Source of the DNA: a virus
IMG/VR virus record: IMGVR_UViG_3300037840_000188
Span: 32,001-96,000 of that record
Length of the DNA: 64,000 bases
Direction: 5' to 3' (one strand)
Shown here: one piece after another, positions 37,348 through 47,385 of the stretch
Position numbering within the stretch: position 1 is the first letter of the stretch
How the letters are laid out: each line of letters starts with the position of its first letter
Notes under the pieces: generated by a model
Database searches by the model: none
Told to the model about the DNA's origin: nothing
The model's input: the letters and a program-made list of their open reading frames with translations, nothing else
Made by a program: the position numbers and the translations under genes

Positions 37348-38454
37348 CTACGCCACAAATCCGAACCCGGACGCATGATATCCCGGTAAGACCGATAAAT
37401 TGTGCGCTAGCAACACTTTACCGACTATTTTGGTGTTTCCAGCGCTGGGGATAAACCCATCATCATCCAGCGTCCCGTTGAACGGCGCATTCTTCGAAAT
37501 GCGGTACTTGATGTTCGGCTTGCGGGCGTTCAGGAACCAGATCGATTCGCCGCCCTGAAGGTTGCCGGACGGATACGCGGTCACCGCGCCGCCAGTGGTG
37601 TAAGACAGGTACCTGGTCGCCACGCGGTCGTTGGTGCCGCCGCTGGCTGTCAGGTAGGAGCCGGGAGCGTAACGAGAAGCCAGGATCACCGCACCGTTGT
37701 ATTCGAGGCCACGGAAACCGCCCTTGGCGATAGTGACGTTCTGGAAGCGCTGCTGAGTCTGATAGTTCGAACGAATGTAGCCCTGACCCTTGGCAGTTGT
37801 CAGGATGATGTTGGGCTCGTACTCGCCAGAACCATAGTTGACCGACTGGTACATGTTCTCCATCACCGGGAGGGTGATGTTCGCACCGGCGAAGTTGACG
37901 GGCGCGGGAGCCAGCATACGGCCACCATACAGCGAGCGAGTCAGGGTGCCATAGATCGGATAGGCCGAACCGTCCCAGCCGGGCGTCACGCCGTCAGAGA
38001 GGGCTTCATCGAGGCCGTTGATGACCTTGACATACGCGCCAGTCTGGCCCTGGAGATAGAGCTGGAGTGCGGTCTGCGCGCCGAGTTGCATGTAGGCGGA
38101 GTCCACGCGCTCTTCGACGAGCTTGATTACCGCGAGCGGCCCGTTGTTCAGCACCTTGATGTCTTCCTTGTAGAAGGGGATCATCACGGTCTGGTACTTC
38201 GGATCGAAGCGCAACTGCTGCTCGATCTGGCGCTGGTCGGCAGGCAGATCCTGACCCTTCGAGTACGAACCGCCATCCTGGACGTCATACTCGATGTTGT
38301 CGTTCCACGAAGAGCCGCCCTCGACCTCATCGAGACAGTTCTCGTCGAGGAAGGACATGAGCGGATCTTTATTGAATACGAGATCACGGAGCTTTGGCTG
38401 TTCGTCGATGTAGCGGCGAGTCGTGACTTCGATTTGCGAAAGAGTGTCAGGCGT
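37348..38454 (-). CDS. major capsid protein (inferred ACG start)
   Basis: Follows scaffold; INGLDEA, GGFRGLEYNGAVI; frame open to ACG at 38454. Confidence 0.8.
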   Translation of the reverse strand, partial: TPDTLSQIEVTTRRYIDEQPKLRDLVFNKDPLMSFLDENCLDEVEGGSSWNDNIEYDVQDGGSYSKGQDLPADQRQIEQQLRFDPKYQTVMIPFYKEDIKVLNNGPLAVIKLVEERVDSAYMQLGAQTALQLYLQGQTGAYVKVINGLDEALSDGVTPGWDGSAYPIYGTLTRSLYGGRMLAPAPVNFAGANITLPVMENMYQSVNYGSGEYEPNIILTTAKGQGYIRSNYQTQQRFQNVTIAKGGFRGLEYNGAVILASRYAPGSYLTASGGTNDRVATRYLSYTTGGAVTAYPSGNLQGGESIWFLNARKPNIKYRISKNAPFNGTLDDDGFIPSAGNTKIVGKVLLAHNLSVLPGYHASGFGFVA

Positions 38455-38486
38455 ATAGGTACCCTACCTTTGCTAGCTTAAATTCG

Positions 38487-39419
38487 TTACTGAACCGACT
38501 GAAACGCATCCAACAGCTTCGACCGGTCGTAAACTTTCTTGTCGCCACCGATTCCATCGCGTGACAGCGGCGATGGTGTACCGGCTCCAGTCGACGACGA
38601 CGCGCCCTCGGCACCTGCCGGGAAATTCGACTGCAACATCCGCTTCTTCATCCGCTCATTAACCTGGTCTTCGATGCGCTTTTCATCGGCGGCCAGCCGT
38701 GCGGCTTCAGCAGTCTTCTGGTCTTCGAGCACATTTGGCGCATCCCACTCTTCGTAGGCCTTGACCACGTCGCCCGCGATCTCTGGCTTTGCGGCCAGTT
38801 CGTCGAGCTTCTTCCAGTCGATGGGAGTCTTTTTGCCACGCGCGATATTGCGCATGATGTTCATCTCGACCGCAGTTCCGACTCCAATAAGAGTGCCCGT
38901 CACCTTCGGCGCGTAGACATTCTTATATGCCTCTTCGACACTCTCCTTCGCAGCGCCAGTACTGATTTCTTTGGCGATTGCCTGGACTTCTTCCTTGGTC
39001 AGGCCGGGGATCGAACTCGGGAGAGCAGGCGGGGTGGTGGTTGCGCCAATCTTCCCGTACTTGGCCTCATACTCCTTGACAGAAGCTTCAAGCGCCTTAC
39101 TGGAATCTTCGAGTTCTTTCAACTTGTTTGCGTTCCCGGTGATCGTCGCGTAGTTCTCGGCGTACCATTGCTGGTACTTGCGGCTGCCGGGCTTCGCATC
39201 GGTACCGATCAGTTCGGCTTCGAGTGTGGCCTTCGCGGCTTCGATCTGCTGCTTCTCGGCGAGCAGAGCATTAGCACGCTGCTCGATAGCCTGATACTCG
39301 GTGGCTTGGCGAAGTTGAGTTACCTTAGCCATCGTACTTGCGTTGCCAGTGAGCTTGGCGACCTCTTCGGTCGTCAACCCGCCTTCAATCAAAAGAGCCT
39401 GGAATTCTTGTGCGGTCAT
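38487..39419 (-). CDS. scaffolding protein
   Basis: Coiled-coil, charged; directly upstream of MCP. Confidence 0.65.
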   Translation of the reverse strand: MTAQEFQALLIEGGLTTEEVAKLTGNASTMAKVTQLRQATEYQAIEQRANALLAEKQQIEAAKATLEAELIGTDAKPGSRKYQQWYAENYATITGNANKLKELEDSSKALEASVKEYEAKYGKIGATTTPPALPSSIPGLTKEEVQAIAKEISTGAAKESVEEAYKNVYAPKVTGTLIGVGTAVEMNIMRNIARGKKTPIDWKKLDELAAKPEIAGDVVKAYEEWDAPNVLEDQKTAEAARLAADEKRIEDQVNERMKKRMLQSNFPAGAEGASSSTGAGTPSPLSRDGIGGDKKVYDRSKLLDAFQSVQ

Positions 39420-39426
39420 ACGTTAG

Positions 39427-39801
39427 TTACTGTCCTTGTGGCGGCGCGCCCTGAGGTGGCCCACCTGGCGGCGGAGTCAGTGGTGCCTGGCCGCCCTGCT
39501 GCGGTTGATTTCCTTGTCCGCCCATCGCCTGCTGTACGGCCATGGGTACGAGCTGCTGAGCGAGCGCGATGATCTGCGCACAAATCTGTTCCGAGCCAGG
39601 CACTGCCCCCGAGGTCACGACCTGTTTGCAGGCCTGCTGGATTGAAGTAACTGCATCCTGGACCGGCTGCGTACCCTGAAGGATCGCTTTTAAAAATCCG
39701 CCCTGCTTCGCTGGCGCTGCTGCGGGCTGCGCGGGAAGATCCGGCAACGGAGGCAGCGGTGCGGTACCGGCGCTGGTCGCGGGCGTTGGAGAAGGCGACA
39801 C
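39427..39801 (-). CDS. Pro/Gln-rich head-module protein
   Basis: ORF track. Confidence 0.55.
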   Translation of the reverse strand: MSPSPTPATSAGTAPLPPLPDLPAQPAAAPAKQGGFLKAILQGTQPVQDAVTSIQQACKQVVTSGAVPGSEQICAQIIALAQQLVPMAVQQAMGGQGNQPQQGGQAPLTPPPGGPPQGAPPQGQ

Positions 39802-39948
39802 TCAACGTATCCCCGCCTTATTTGCATCGCATGCGGGCGACGCGATTTCCTTGCCCATTGATTTTTGGCGACCGACCTTCGCGGAGAACCCGGTTTCCTT
39901 CTTCGTGAGTCCGACACCCCGGCTGGAGCCGCGCTTCTTACTGCCCAT
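39802..39948 (-). CDS. small basic protein
   Basis: MGSKKRGSSRGVG. Confidence 0.45.
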   Translation of the reverse strand: MGSKKRGSSRGVGLTKKETGFSAKVGRQKSMGKEIASPACDANKAGIR

Positions 39949-39965
39949 TGATTCGTGTTCGCGCT

Positions 39966-40166
39966 TCATTTGGCTATAGCCCCTTTACCCCTGAGCTTCG
40001 ACAATGTCTCCGCAAGGCGGGACTGTTTGCCGAGTTTTCCCGGCGATCCGGCGTTCTTCGCGGCAAATGACTGTGTGCCCATCCCGGCCTTCTTGGCTTT
40101 GGCTCCGAAAGCGCCCTTGTTGAGATTGGCGTGTTCTATCCAATCAGGGTCTGGGTTTGTGGGCAT
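39966..40166 (-). CDS. small basic protein
   Basis: WI...KGAF..KAKKAG...ARLAETL-like pattern. Confidence 0.6.
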   Translation of the reverse strand: MPTNPDPDWIEHANLNKGAFGAKAKKAGMGTQSFAAKNAGSPGKLGKQSRLAETLSKLRGKGAIAK

Positions 40167-40266
40167 CTAAGTGTGATGATGGACCTCGGAAAAGCGGGAA
40201 GTAAAGCGATCAAAGGGGTTACATCAAAGAAAGAACGACTGTGATAAACTGGGCGCAATCAGGACA

Positions 40267-40437
40267 ATGCTCATTACCGAGAGAGAGGTTGCCTCTATCA
40301 TGAATGTCTCCGTCAGCGTGGTCCGCAAATGGAGATGGAAGAATCACCCGCCAAGTTTTTTTAAAATAGGAAAATCTATTCGCTACGAAGAGAAAGACAT
40401 CTACGCTCTTAAGCAGAAAATGCGGGTAGAGCGATGA
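40267..40437 (+). CDS. excisionase/AlpA-like HTH protein
   Basis: MLITEREVASIMNVSVSVVRKWR...PSFFKIGKSIRY. Confidence 0.75.
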   Translation: MLITEREVASIMNVSVSVVRKWRWKNHPPSFFKIGKSIRYEEKDIYALKQKMRVER

Positions 40438-40804
40438 TCGACCTGCGCATCGAGAGCCGCTTTAAGAATGCTGCGCTATATAACGCGATGATCGCGTATT
40501 GCCTCCCTGAGGAACGAGGACCCGGAAGATCTTTTCCCTCGCCACATCTATCAACTTTCGCTCCCCAAAATCGCCGTCACGGAACCGGCAGTACAGGAGA
40601 AGCCGGGGCCGCTGTCTGCGCTGCGCCGTAGCTGGGCACCGCTCGATCCGGATAAGTTCTGGATCGGGTTGCAGAAGGATCTGTTTGATAGAGGCATCGC
40701 CTTTGAATGACAATTTTCCAGAGCGGATGTGTTATTACGGGAGATCCGTGATTGCCTTGTCTTTGGGGTCATGAATCACCACTCTGGAATTCAAGGAGCA
40801 TAAA

Positions 40805-40999
40805 ATGAAACAGGTTTTCCTTTCTCGCGGCAGCACGCATCAAGTAGTCTGCGTCCCCGCTCAATTCGCAATACGCGGCGCGTATCTTCGCATCCTCGAC
40901 GAGGATGGCTGGCGCGTGGACGAGGTGTATTCAGTCGGCGCGTCGCTCGCGACAAGCGATAGAAGAAATCTGAGGGGATTGTTCGGATCACTGGCATGA
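40805..40999 (+). CDS. hypothetical protein
   Basis: AAGGAG SD; ATGA overlap. Confidence 0.5.
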   Translation: MKQVFLSRGSTHQVVCVPAQFAIRGAYLRILDEDGWRVDEVYSVGASLATSDRRNLRGLFGSLA

Positions 41000-41235
41000 A
41001 AATGTCCTCCATCCAACCCGGCATGCGCCTGCGCTCGACCATTTCGCGAGTGCCGATGGAGGAGTTCATCACCGTCACAGAACTGACGGAGTCTGGGTTT
41101 CGATTTTCTCTCGATGCCGAGTACGTGATGATTACACGCTGGGGAATGACAATGGCAAAGGATGGCCACGAACATTTCGGATTCAATGGCGAGGCGTTTT
41201 ACGAGCCAGTGTATCAGTGCGAGGGCGCAGATTGA
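40996..41235 (+). CDS. hypothetical protein
   Basis: Coupled ORF. Confidence 0.5.
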   Translation: MKMSSIQPGMRLRSTISRVPMEEFITVTELTESGFRFSLDAEYVMITRWGMTMAKDGHEHFGFNGEAFYEPVYQCEGAD

Positions 41236-41404
41236 AGCCCAAGGTTAAATATCTGAATGGCTCCTGGTACGTCACCGGCGGCCTCGTGCCCATTGATTTA
41301 AGATTTGTCGCGCACGAGACATTAGGTGCGGCGGTTGAGGCGCTGTGTCGGTGGTATCGGGGTGGTGGTGGGGCAGCAATGATTCCATATGGAGGACAAA
41401 CGCA

Positions 41405-41851
41405 ATGAATCTGTCCCGTCGCGGATTTCTCGGTGGTGCTATTGCCGCTATCACCCTGCGGATACTCCCATCGCCGCTCGCCGCTCGCGAGCCACGCAAA
41501 TGGATCTGGCTGCAATTCCACACAGGATTTGATCCGAACTGTACGAGGGCTTGGGCGCGATGGGCCGCATGTCGCTCAGATGGCGTTTACTTTACTACCG
41601 CCGGGCCGATATTCCTTGAAGACGTAGGCACGTCCAGCATGGAATCTTCACCGGCGGTCCTTGCCGTAAAGCAGCAGACCCGCATTCTCCTGAATGAATT
41701 CCTCGATTCTCGCTGTGACTGCCATCCTGGCTATTGGTGCCAGATTCACGAGCACATGAGGCCGAAGGATTTTTCTGGATATATTCCGGACGATGAAGAT
41801 GAGGATGAGGAAGATACGCCTACAGCGATTTATGAGGTAGTCTCCGGATGA
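41405..41851 (+). CDS. hypothetical protein with Tat signal
   Basis: MNLSRRGFLGGAIAA; GGAGG SD. Confidence 0.6.
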   Translation: MNLSRRGFLGGAIAAITLRILPSPLAAREPRKWIWLQFHTGFDPNCTRAWARWAACRSDGVYFTTAGPIFLEDVGTSSMESSPAVLAVKQQTRILLNEFLDSRCDCHPGYWCQIHEHMRPKDFSGYIPDDEDEDEEDTPTAIYEVVSG

Positions 41852-42354
41852 TCTCTTGCGACCAACTCCCACCCGACAATAAACTTGTCTTCTCCGACGA
41901 CAGAGCACTACTTCCACATGGCTTTAACTGGGACATTCAGAAATGGCTATCGGAGTGGAGGCCGCTTCCGTATTTAATGCTTCGCGAACCGCTGCCGTAC
42001 GCAGACTGGACCGAGCTTCCAGACTTCCTTAAGATGACCATCCGGCAAGTCTGCTTCCAGCGCCAGCACTGGCAATTAAATAATATGCAACGCCTTTTCC
42101 GCGCGGCAGTCTGCGTAGAACACGGCTGGCAGATTCTTGGCCCGGAGATCGACACCCAGCATGGTCACGTAATCGCCGACTCTCCTGTCGTGGATGTGAT
42201 CGTTCGCCAGGCAGACCAGCCACCAGCGTCGATCCAGAGCCTAGCCGAGTTATCCGCGCAAGTATGGGCTGGGATGACAGATGCCGAGCGCGAGAAGCAT
42301 CCAAGGATCGGCGAGGTCGCCGCGTGTGCGGATCTAGATGGACTTAGCTTGTGA
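41848..42354 (+). CDS. hypothetical protein
   Basis: Coupled ORF. Confidence 0.5.
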   Translation: MISCDQLPPDNKLVFSDDRALLPHGFNWDIQKWLSEWRPLPYLMLREPLPYADWTELPDFLKMTIRQVCFQRQHWQLNNMQRLFRAAVCVEHGWQILGPEIDTQHGHVIADSPVVDVIVRQADQPPASIQSLAELSAQVWAGMTDAEREKHPRIGEVAACADLDGLSL

Positions 42355-42623
42355 GTATGTGTCGTGGCTGCGGTCAAGCAGATGGACGACCACGCCTCTG
42401 CCATAGTTGCACTGTGAGGCGTCAGGATCTATTTGCCGTTCAGGTAATGACTATGCAAGCGATGGGTATGAGCTTGAGAGAGATCGGCGAGAGGCTGGGA
42501 AAATCAGCCGAGCGCGTGCGGCAGATCCTGTACTTGGGCTGCCGACGGTGTTTTGTGTTGCGCGATGAACGAGGAGCAATTATCCCCTCCGAACGCAAAT
42601 CGAGATTTTACGGTACAATCTAA
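42351..42623 (+). CDS. sigma70 region-4-like HTH protein
   Basis: MSLREIGERLGKSAERVRQI. Confidence 0.7.
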   Translation: MSMCRGCGQADGRPRLCHSCTVRRQDLFAVQVMTMQAMGMSLREIGERLGKSAERVRQILYLGCRRCFVLRDERGAIIPSERKSRFYGTI

Positions 42624-42625
42624 TT

Positions 42626-42774
42626 CTGCGAGCAAGTTGATAGATCGGGATCGCTTCGTCAACGTCGCCCCTGATCCTTGCGTCCCCGTAGTTGCTGGAA
42701 GGAAGCCTCGGCCACCGGGGTGATAACAAAGCGACGGAGCGGTGAATCCGGCCAGTTCCGGAACTTGCTCGCAG
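42626..42774 (+). ncRNA. candidate rod-shaped ncRNA (6S-like architecture)
   Basis: 13-bp closing stem, nested helices, TACAAT 6 nt upstream. Confidence 0.5.
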
Positions 42775-42793
42775 CGTAATATCATCGTAGTCA

Positions 42794-44413
42794 GTGGCCC
42801 AAAACCAAATCCCCGCCCGTCTGCCCGGCGCAACGCCACAGACGATCAGCGACCTTTACGACAAAATTAACTACCTCCTCTCAAAGCAATCCCCATCTTC
42901 AACCCCAACCACCACCCCAACTGCCCCCACCACTCCGACCACCTCCATAGTCGCTGATATCAGCGGCGCGAGCGGTCAGGCATCTGGTCCACAGTTCGCC
43001 GACATCCCGATCCTCGCCACCCTTCCATCTAATAACCCCGTGCAGGGCGCACCGTACGCACAAAATGGCCTGATGATCGACGTTGGCGGTCAACTGTATA
43101 TCTATGTCGCGGGGCCAACCTTTGCCTGGACTCCTGCCGTTGCCGAAGCCACGTTTCAGGCTGCCGAGACGCTGACCGTTGGCGGCACTGCCAATGCGAT
43201 CACTGGCACCACGCCGACCACCTACGCCGCACTCGCTACCGGTTACGTAATCCGCCTTATTCCGACCGCTACAAATACCGGGGCCGTGACTATCAACATA
43301 AATTCCATCGGCGCAAAAGCCATCACAAAGAACGGCACTGCGGCGCTCGTTGGGGGAGAACTGGTCAATGGCAATACGTATTTCCTCTTATACGATGGCA
43401 CTCGTTTTCAGATTCTTGGTGAAATCATCAACGAAGTCACCTTGGCGAACAGTGAATGGGTGACCGTCGGGGGGGCGGCAAACGCCATCACTGGCATTAC
43501 GGCGAATAAATACACCGCACTCGCGAATGGTTTTCTCCTGCGCCTTATTCCAACCTCCACAAATACGGGGGCTACGACACTCAACATCAACAGTATCGGC
43601 GCGCACGCAGTCACAAAGAACGGCAACGTCGCCCTGACGGGCGGAGAACTCACTTCCGGAATTGTTTATTTTCTGCTCTGGGATGGTACGGAATTTCAGA
43701 TCGTCGGATCGCAACCTGTTACCGAGGCCGCGATTGCGAACAGTGAGTGGATAACGGTTGGCGGCACTGCGAATGCGATTACCGGTGCTACGGCTACCCC
43801 CTACACCTCTCTCGCTCCTGGATTCCTTATCCGGATCATTCCGACCGCAAATAATACCAGCGCCACGACGCTGAATGTAAATGGTATCGGCGCACAGCCG
43901 GTAACGAAGGACGGTAACACAGCCCTCTCGGGAGGTGAACTGCTCAGCGGCGTAGCGGCCTTTCTATTGTGGGATGGAACAGAATTTCAAATAGTTGGAG
44001 CTGCTGCCGGAGTGACGCAGACTGTGGCTACTTTCACTCCTGCGCTTCTTATCGGCGGCTCTGGTACCGGCATCACCTATTCCAACCAGACCGGCGTTTC
44101 TATCCTGACCGGCGATCAGGTAGTACTGCTCGTATCGCTGACCCTATCCGGAATCCCAGCCCCGAGTGGTGGTGCGCTGACAATCGACGTATCTGGTGCC
44201 GCTGTTCCTGTGTCGGTCGCCCCTGGCGGCATCGTGACGATCTGCTACATGACAGGCTGGCAGTCATTAACGGGCGCGCCGAGCGGGCTCCTTCCCACCG
44301 GAACCGGGAGCGTGCATCTTTACCAGTGGGGTGCTACGGGCGTTTCTGGCCTCACTGACGCCAACATCACTGCTGCCAGTGTGATTTATCTGGCGGTGGT
44401 CTATGTGACGTAG
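42794..44413 (+). CDS. tail fibre-like protein with three tandem repeats
   Basis: 3x VGG.ANAITG...NTGA.TLNIN...GGEL..G...L.WDGT.FQI. Confidence 0.7.
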   Translation: MAQNQIPARLPGATPQTISDLYDKINYLLSKQSPSSTPTTTPTAPTTPTTSIVADISGASGQASGPQFADIPILATLPSNNPVQGAPYAQNGLMIDVGGQLYIYVAGPTFAWTPAVAEATFQAAETLTVGGTANAITGTTPTTYAALATGYVIRLIPTATNTGAVTININSIGAKAITKNGTAALVGGELVNGNTYFLLYDGTRFQILGEIINEVTLANSEWVTVGGAANAITGITANKYTALANGFLLRLIPTSTNTGATTLNINSIGAHAVTKNGNVALTGGELTSGIVYFLLWDGTEFQIVGSQPVTEAAIANSEWITVGGTANAITGATATPYTSLAPGFLIRIIPTANNTSATTLNVNGIGAQPVTKDGNTALSGGELLSGVAAFLLWDGTEFQIVGAAAGVTQTVATFTPALLIGGSGTGITYSNQTGVSILTGDQVVLLVSLTLSGIPAPSGGALTIDVSGAAVPVSVAPGGIVTICYMTGWQSLTGAPSGLLPTGTGSVHLYQWGATGVSGLTDANITAASVIYLAVVYVT

Positions 44414-44926
44414 TGGTTTGCCTCATCACAATTCCGAGACTGTCGAGCGGACTTACGTCAACGCCGAAGCCGAAGATTGCGGAGCCGTGGCTGGCGGCTT
44501 CCTGGCGGCGGTTTTCGCGGAGAACGCCGAACTTTAATCGGGATTTGACGAAGACCACGGAATCACAGGCACGAAGGGCGCGCTGGAAGATGCGCGTGTC
44601 GGTGTGTGAGGGGATCAGCAGGACCACTTTTCGTGATTGGCCTTCGAGGATGCAGCGCTCGACCCAGCGGCCCCTAACTTCGCCATACGGTGGGTTTATG
44701 AAGCAGGTAGGACTATCCCACGGCAATACGCAACCGTCTTGGGGGGGGTATAGAAGGACAGAGCGCCAGTCGGATTATCCGGTTCCGTGCACGGGTCGAG
44801 GCCGATACCTCCCAAAAGAGCACGGATGGGCTCCAGTACGTACTCTGGCGTCAGCATTGCCTGCCTGGCGTGACTCTCTGGTCTTCGGCGTTTGGTGTTG
44901 TCGAAGCGGTGGGAGGCGGTTGGCAT
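44367..44926 (-). pseudogene. phage N6-adenine methyltransferase, frameshifted at a C8 tract
   Basis: TP...LDPC in one frame, FINPPYG...LLIPSHTDT in another; shift at 44741-48. Confidence 0.8.
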
Positions 44927-44976
44927 TCTAGCCTAGGCAGGCGAATTCGCGGTGCAATTGCTTCAGTGGAGCAGCT

Positions 44977-45318
44977 TTACAGTAGGCCTCGTGAGCCAAC
45001 TCCGGAGTCGAAAAACACCCAAGATGAATTCTCTTTTTTGACTTCTGTATAACGGCACGCCAGCGATTGCCGATCTTGTGGACGCCTTTGTATCCGATTC
45101 ATGACGACGTTTTCCATAAGGATCAACTTTCCATCCCCATAGCGACAGGCGTGGTAGCTGGCGGTTCTGGCGAGCCAAATAGCTTGCCACTTCCACTGCA
45201 TTAAATATTCGTAGTTATGCTCGTCTACAAGCGATGTCATTCCGTTATCGAGCGGAATGCGGTACTCTTTTATTGGCTGGGTTTCCTGCTCATTCAGGTT
45301 CATGTGGTCGCGCTCCAA
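44977..45318 (-). CDS. degenerate HNH/AP2 homing endonuclease N-terminal domain
   Basis: IPLDNG..SLVDEHNYEYLMQWKW. Confidence 0.5.
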   Translation of the reverse strand: MERDHMNLNEQETQPIKEYRIPLDNGMTSLVDEHNYEYLMQWKWQAIWLARTASYHACRYGDGKLILMENVVMNRIQRRPQDRQSLACRYTEVKKENSSWVFFDSGVGSRGLL

Positions 45319-45354
45319 CGCGAGTTACAACTCAGCCATTATATCACACTTGGA

Positions 45355-47328
45355 TCAACCCGATGTTGCTATTGTGGGTCCATTTGCATTCTGCTTGAGA
45401 CTTGGTGGGGCTTGGTCTGTCTGCTTCCGACCCGCCGAGTTCGCGATTAAGCCTATCCCGAGTTGCTGCTGAAGTGCCAGCCGACCAATTTCATCAGCAG
45501 GGATTTTTAATCCAGGAGGAGAAAAATTATCTCTTCCCGCAGCTTCCATGAGAGAAAAAACGGATAAATATCCCATTTTAGCCAACATAAAGTCCTGAAG
45601 GAGCTCCTGCTGCCCGGCAGAATTAAGCAACGAAGATGGCGCGAATTTAAATGCAAACGACGCAAGCATTGCCTTCGCTCTTTCATACAGCGGTCGCGGT
45701 CCATCAGACATAAAAGCATCCAGCGTCGAGCCCACGTCACCAGGCTCCCCATCCGGCACATCATCTGGAATGAAGTTTCCAGCAGAGAAATCATAATCCT
45801 CTGCTGTTACTGCGTCTGGACCAAACTTCATTAACCGCTTGGAAAGTGTATCGAATTCAGCAATACAATATAAAAATTGTTCGCTAAATTCCTTCATAAA
45901 CCCTTCCAGAATCCTTGATCTTAAACGGATTCCAGGCGTTTGAAACTTGGCGATGGTATCGAGTGTATCGTCGGATGGTATCTGATTTAACGACGCCATT
46001 CCCTGAATATTCGCCGTCCCTGCCGCCTCCCGCATCCATTCTTCGAGCTTCTCGATATGCGTCCAGATTGACTGCGGAAGAGTAGGCGGATTAACGATCT
46101 GAATTCCCTTCCCAGAAGCCGGATTAGATCTCACTTTATATCCGGCGACCGCCGAATTAAACTTAGTAAACTCGCTGCGGGAAACATTGCGATCCGCAAT
46201 AGCACCAGGCTGCGCAATTTGAGCGGCATTATTATCCACCACTCGACACAGACCGTTCAGCGACTCATTAAGCGGAAGAAGGTCCCAGAGCGGGGCCTTC
46301 CCCAAGAACGACATCGGCCACGGATTCAACGTGAGCTTGATGAGGGGATATTGACCATGCCAGTACGGCGACGTATCGTCATAAAGCATGACGCCGTTTG
46401 ACCATACAATCATCCGCTTAAACGGGTAGAGCGGCATCCCGGGCTTGACCTTGTATGACCATTGATTCTGCCCGACTAGTTCGCCTTTTTCGTTTTTCTC
46501 CCAACCCCCCATGTAGACATCGTGTTTATATGGATTAGTGCGCGGGTCGTCCAGATAGAGGGTACGCAGAAAGCACGTGGGAGTCTTTGGAATTGGGGCG
46601 TCTGCATGCTTCCGGTCTGGAGATAACGGCCCAGTAACCGAACTCTTGCCGGTAACTGCCCCCACTGCGTGAAGAAACCACCCGAAGATAGATTGCCCGC
46701 CAACGTTAGGGGCTACGTCTTTTCCGTACTCTGATTTAATCCATGCTGGAGTTTTTGCCTGATTGAGGATGACGCCCTCAGCATCCTGAAGGGTGTGATA
46801 CGAGATGGGTCCGATTGGAATTACGTTTCGTGGATCGACGGCATCCACCATCATGTCATTCAGGCGGCGGGAGTAATACAAGTGGGCATAGCCCGTACCG
46901 CAACACGTGTAGTATCGAATTACATCACTGATCCGCAGGTCGATGCAGCGCTGCGTATACCAAGCCGAAGCTTCTTTATTGGATATTCTAGCCTGATTTT
47001 CGTACTTGGGATTATTCGTGGAGTAGTTCCAAAACACCCGTGCGTCGGTCAGCATCGCCGTGATATCTTCAGCGGTAATTGCCACCTTGTTGACCCGAGT
47101 GTTACTCAGGGGGCGCGGCGTCGGAGCATAACTGGCATTCGATGAGGTCTTTTCGTAAGCGAAAATCGCCCCGATGGTCTTGTCGATCTTGTCGTACCCA
47201 ACCTGCGCCTCAATAAACTCCTGCCCCTGTTTAAGGCGAGCCTCGCACCAGCTGATGATCGCGTAATCCCGCGTCCCCGGCTTAGCAGGATCGGGCTCAG
47301 GCAGAGGCGGCAAATCAAAGTCAGGCAT
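45355..47328 (-). CDS. portal protein
   Basis: CGTGY, VDPRNV, PYWHGQYP, FLG..P..DL...N; between terminase and head genes. Confidence 0.8.
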   Translation of the reverse strand: MPDFDLPPLPEPDPAKPGTRDYAIISWCEARLKQGQEFIEAQVGYDKIDKTIGAIFAYEKTSSNASYAPTPRPLSNTRVNKVAITAEDITAMLTDARVFWNYSTNNPKYENQARISNKEASAWYTQRCIDLRISDVIRYYTCCGTGYAHLYYSRRLNDMMVDAVDPRNVIPIGPISYHTLQDAEGVILNQAKTPAWIKSEYGKDVAPNVGGQSIFGWFLHAVGAVTGKSSVTGPLSPDRKHADAPIPKTPTCFLRTLYLDDPRTNPYKHDVYMGGWEKNEKGELVGQNQWSYKVKPGMPLYPFKRMIVWSNGVMLYDDTSPYWHGQYPLIKLTLNPWPMSFLGKAPLWDLLPLNESLNGLCRVVDNNAAQIAQPGAIADRNVSRSEFTKFNSAVAGYKVRSNPASGKGIQIVNPPTLPQSIWTHIEKLEEWMREAAGTANIQGMASLNQIPSDDTLDTIAKFQTPGIRLRSRILEGFMKEFSEQFLYCIAEFDTLSKRLMKFGPDAVTAEDYDFSAGNFIPDDVPDGEPGDVGSTLDAFMSDGPRPLYERAKAMLASFAFKFAPSSLLNSAGQQELLQDFMLAKMGYLSVFSLMEAAGRDNFSPPGLKIPADEIGRLALQQQLGIGLIANSAGRKQTDQAPPSLKQNANGPTIATSG

Positions 47329-47385
47329 TGCCTCTATCATACGGCAAGTCGTGCCGAATCACCCAATTGCGATATGCTGGAGAGA

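Noticed and set aside
42685-42712. SRP RNA (GGAAGGAAGC)
   Set aside because: Lacks the CAGG...GNRA...AGCA helix-8 pairing.
43140-44000. DGR template/variable repeats in the tail fibre
   Set aside because: Repeats are in-frame protein domains with ordinary divergence; no reverse transcriptase in the window.
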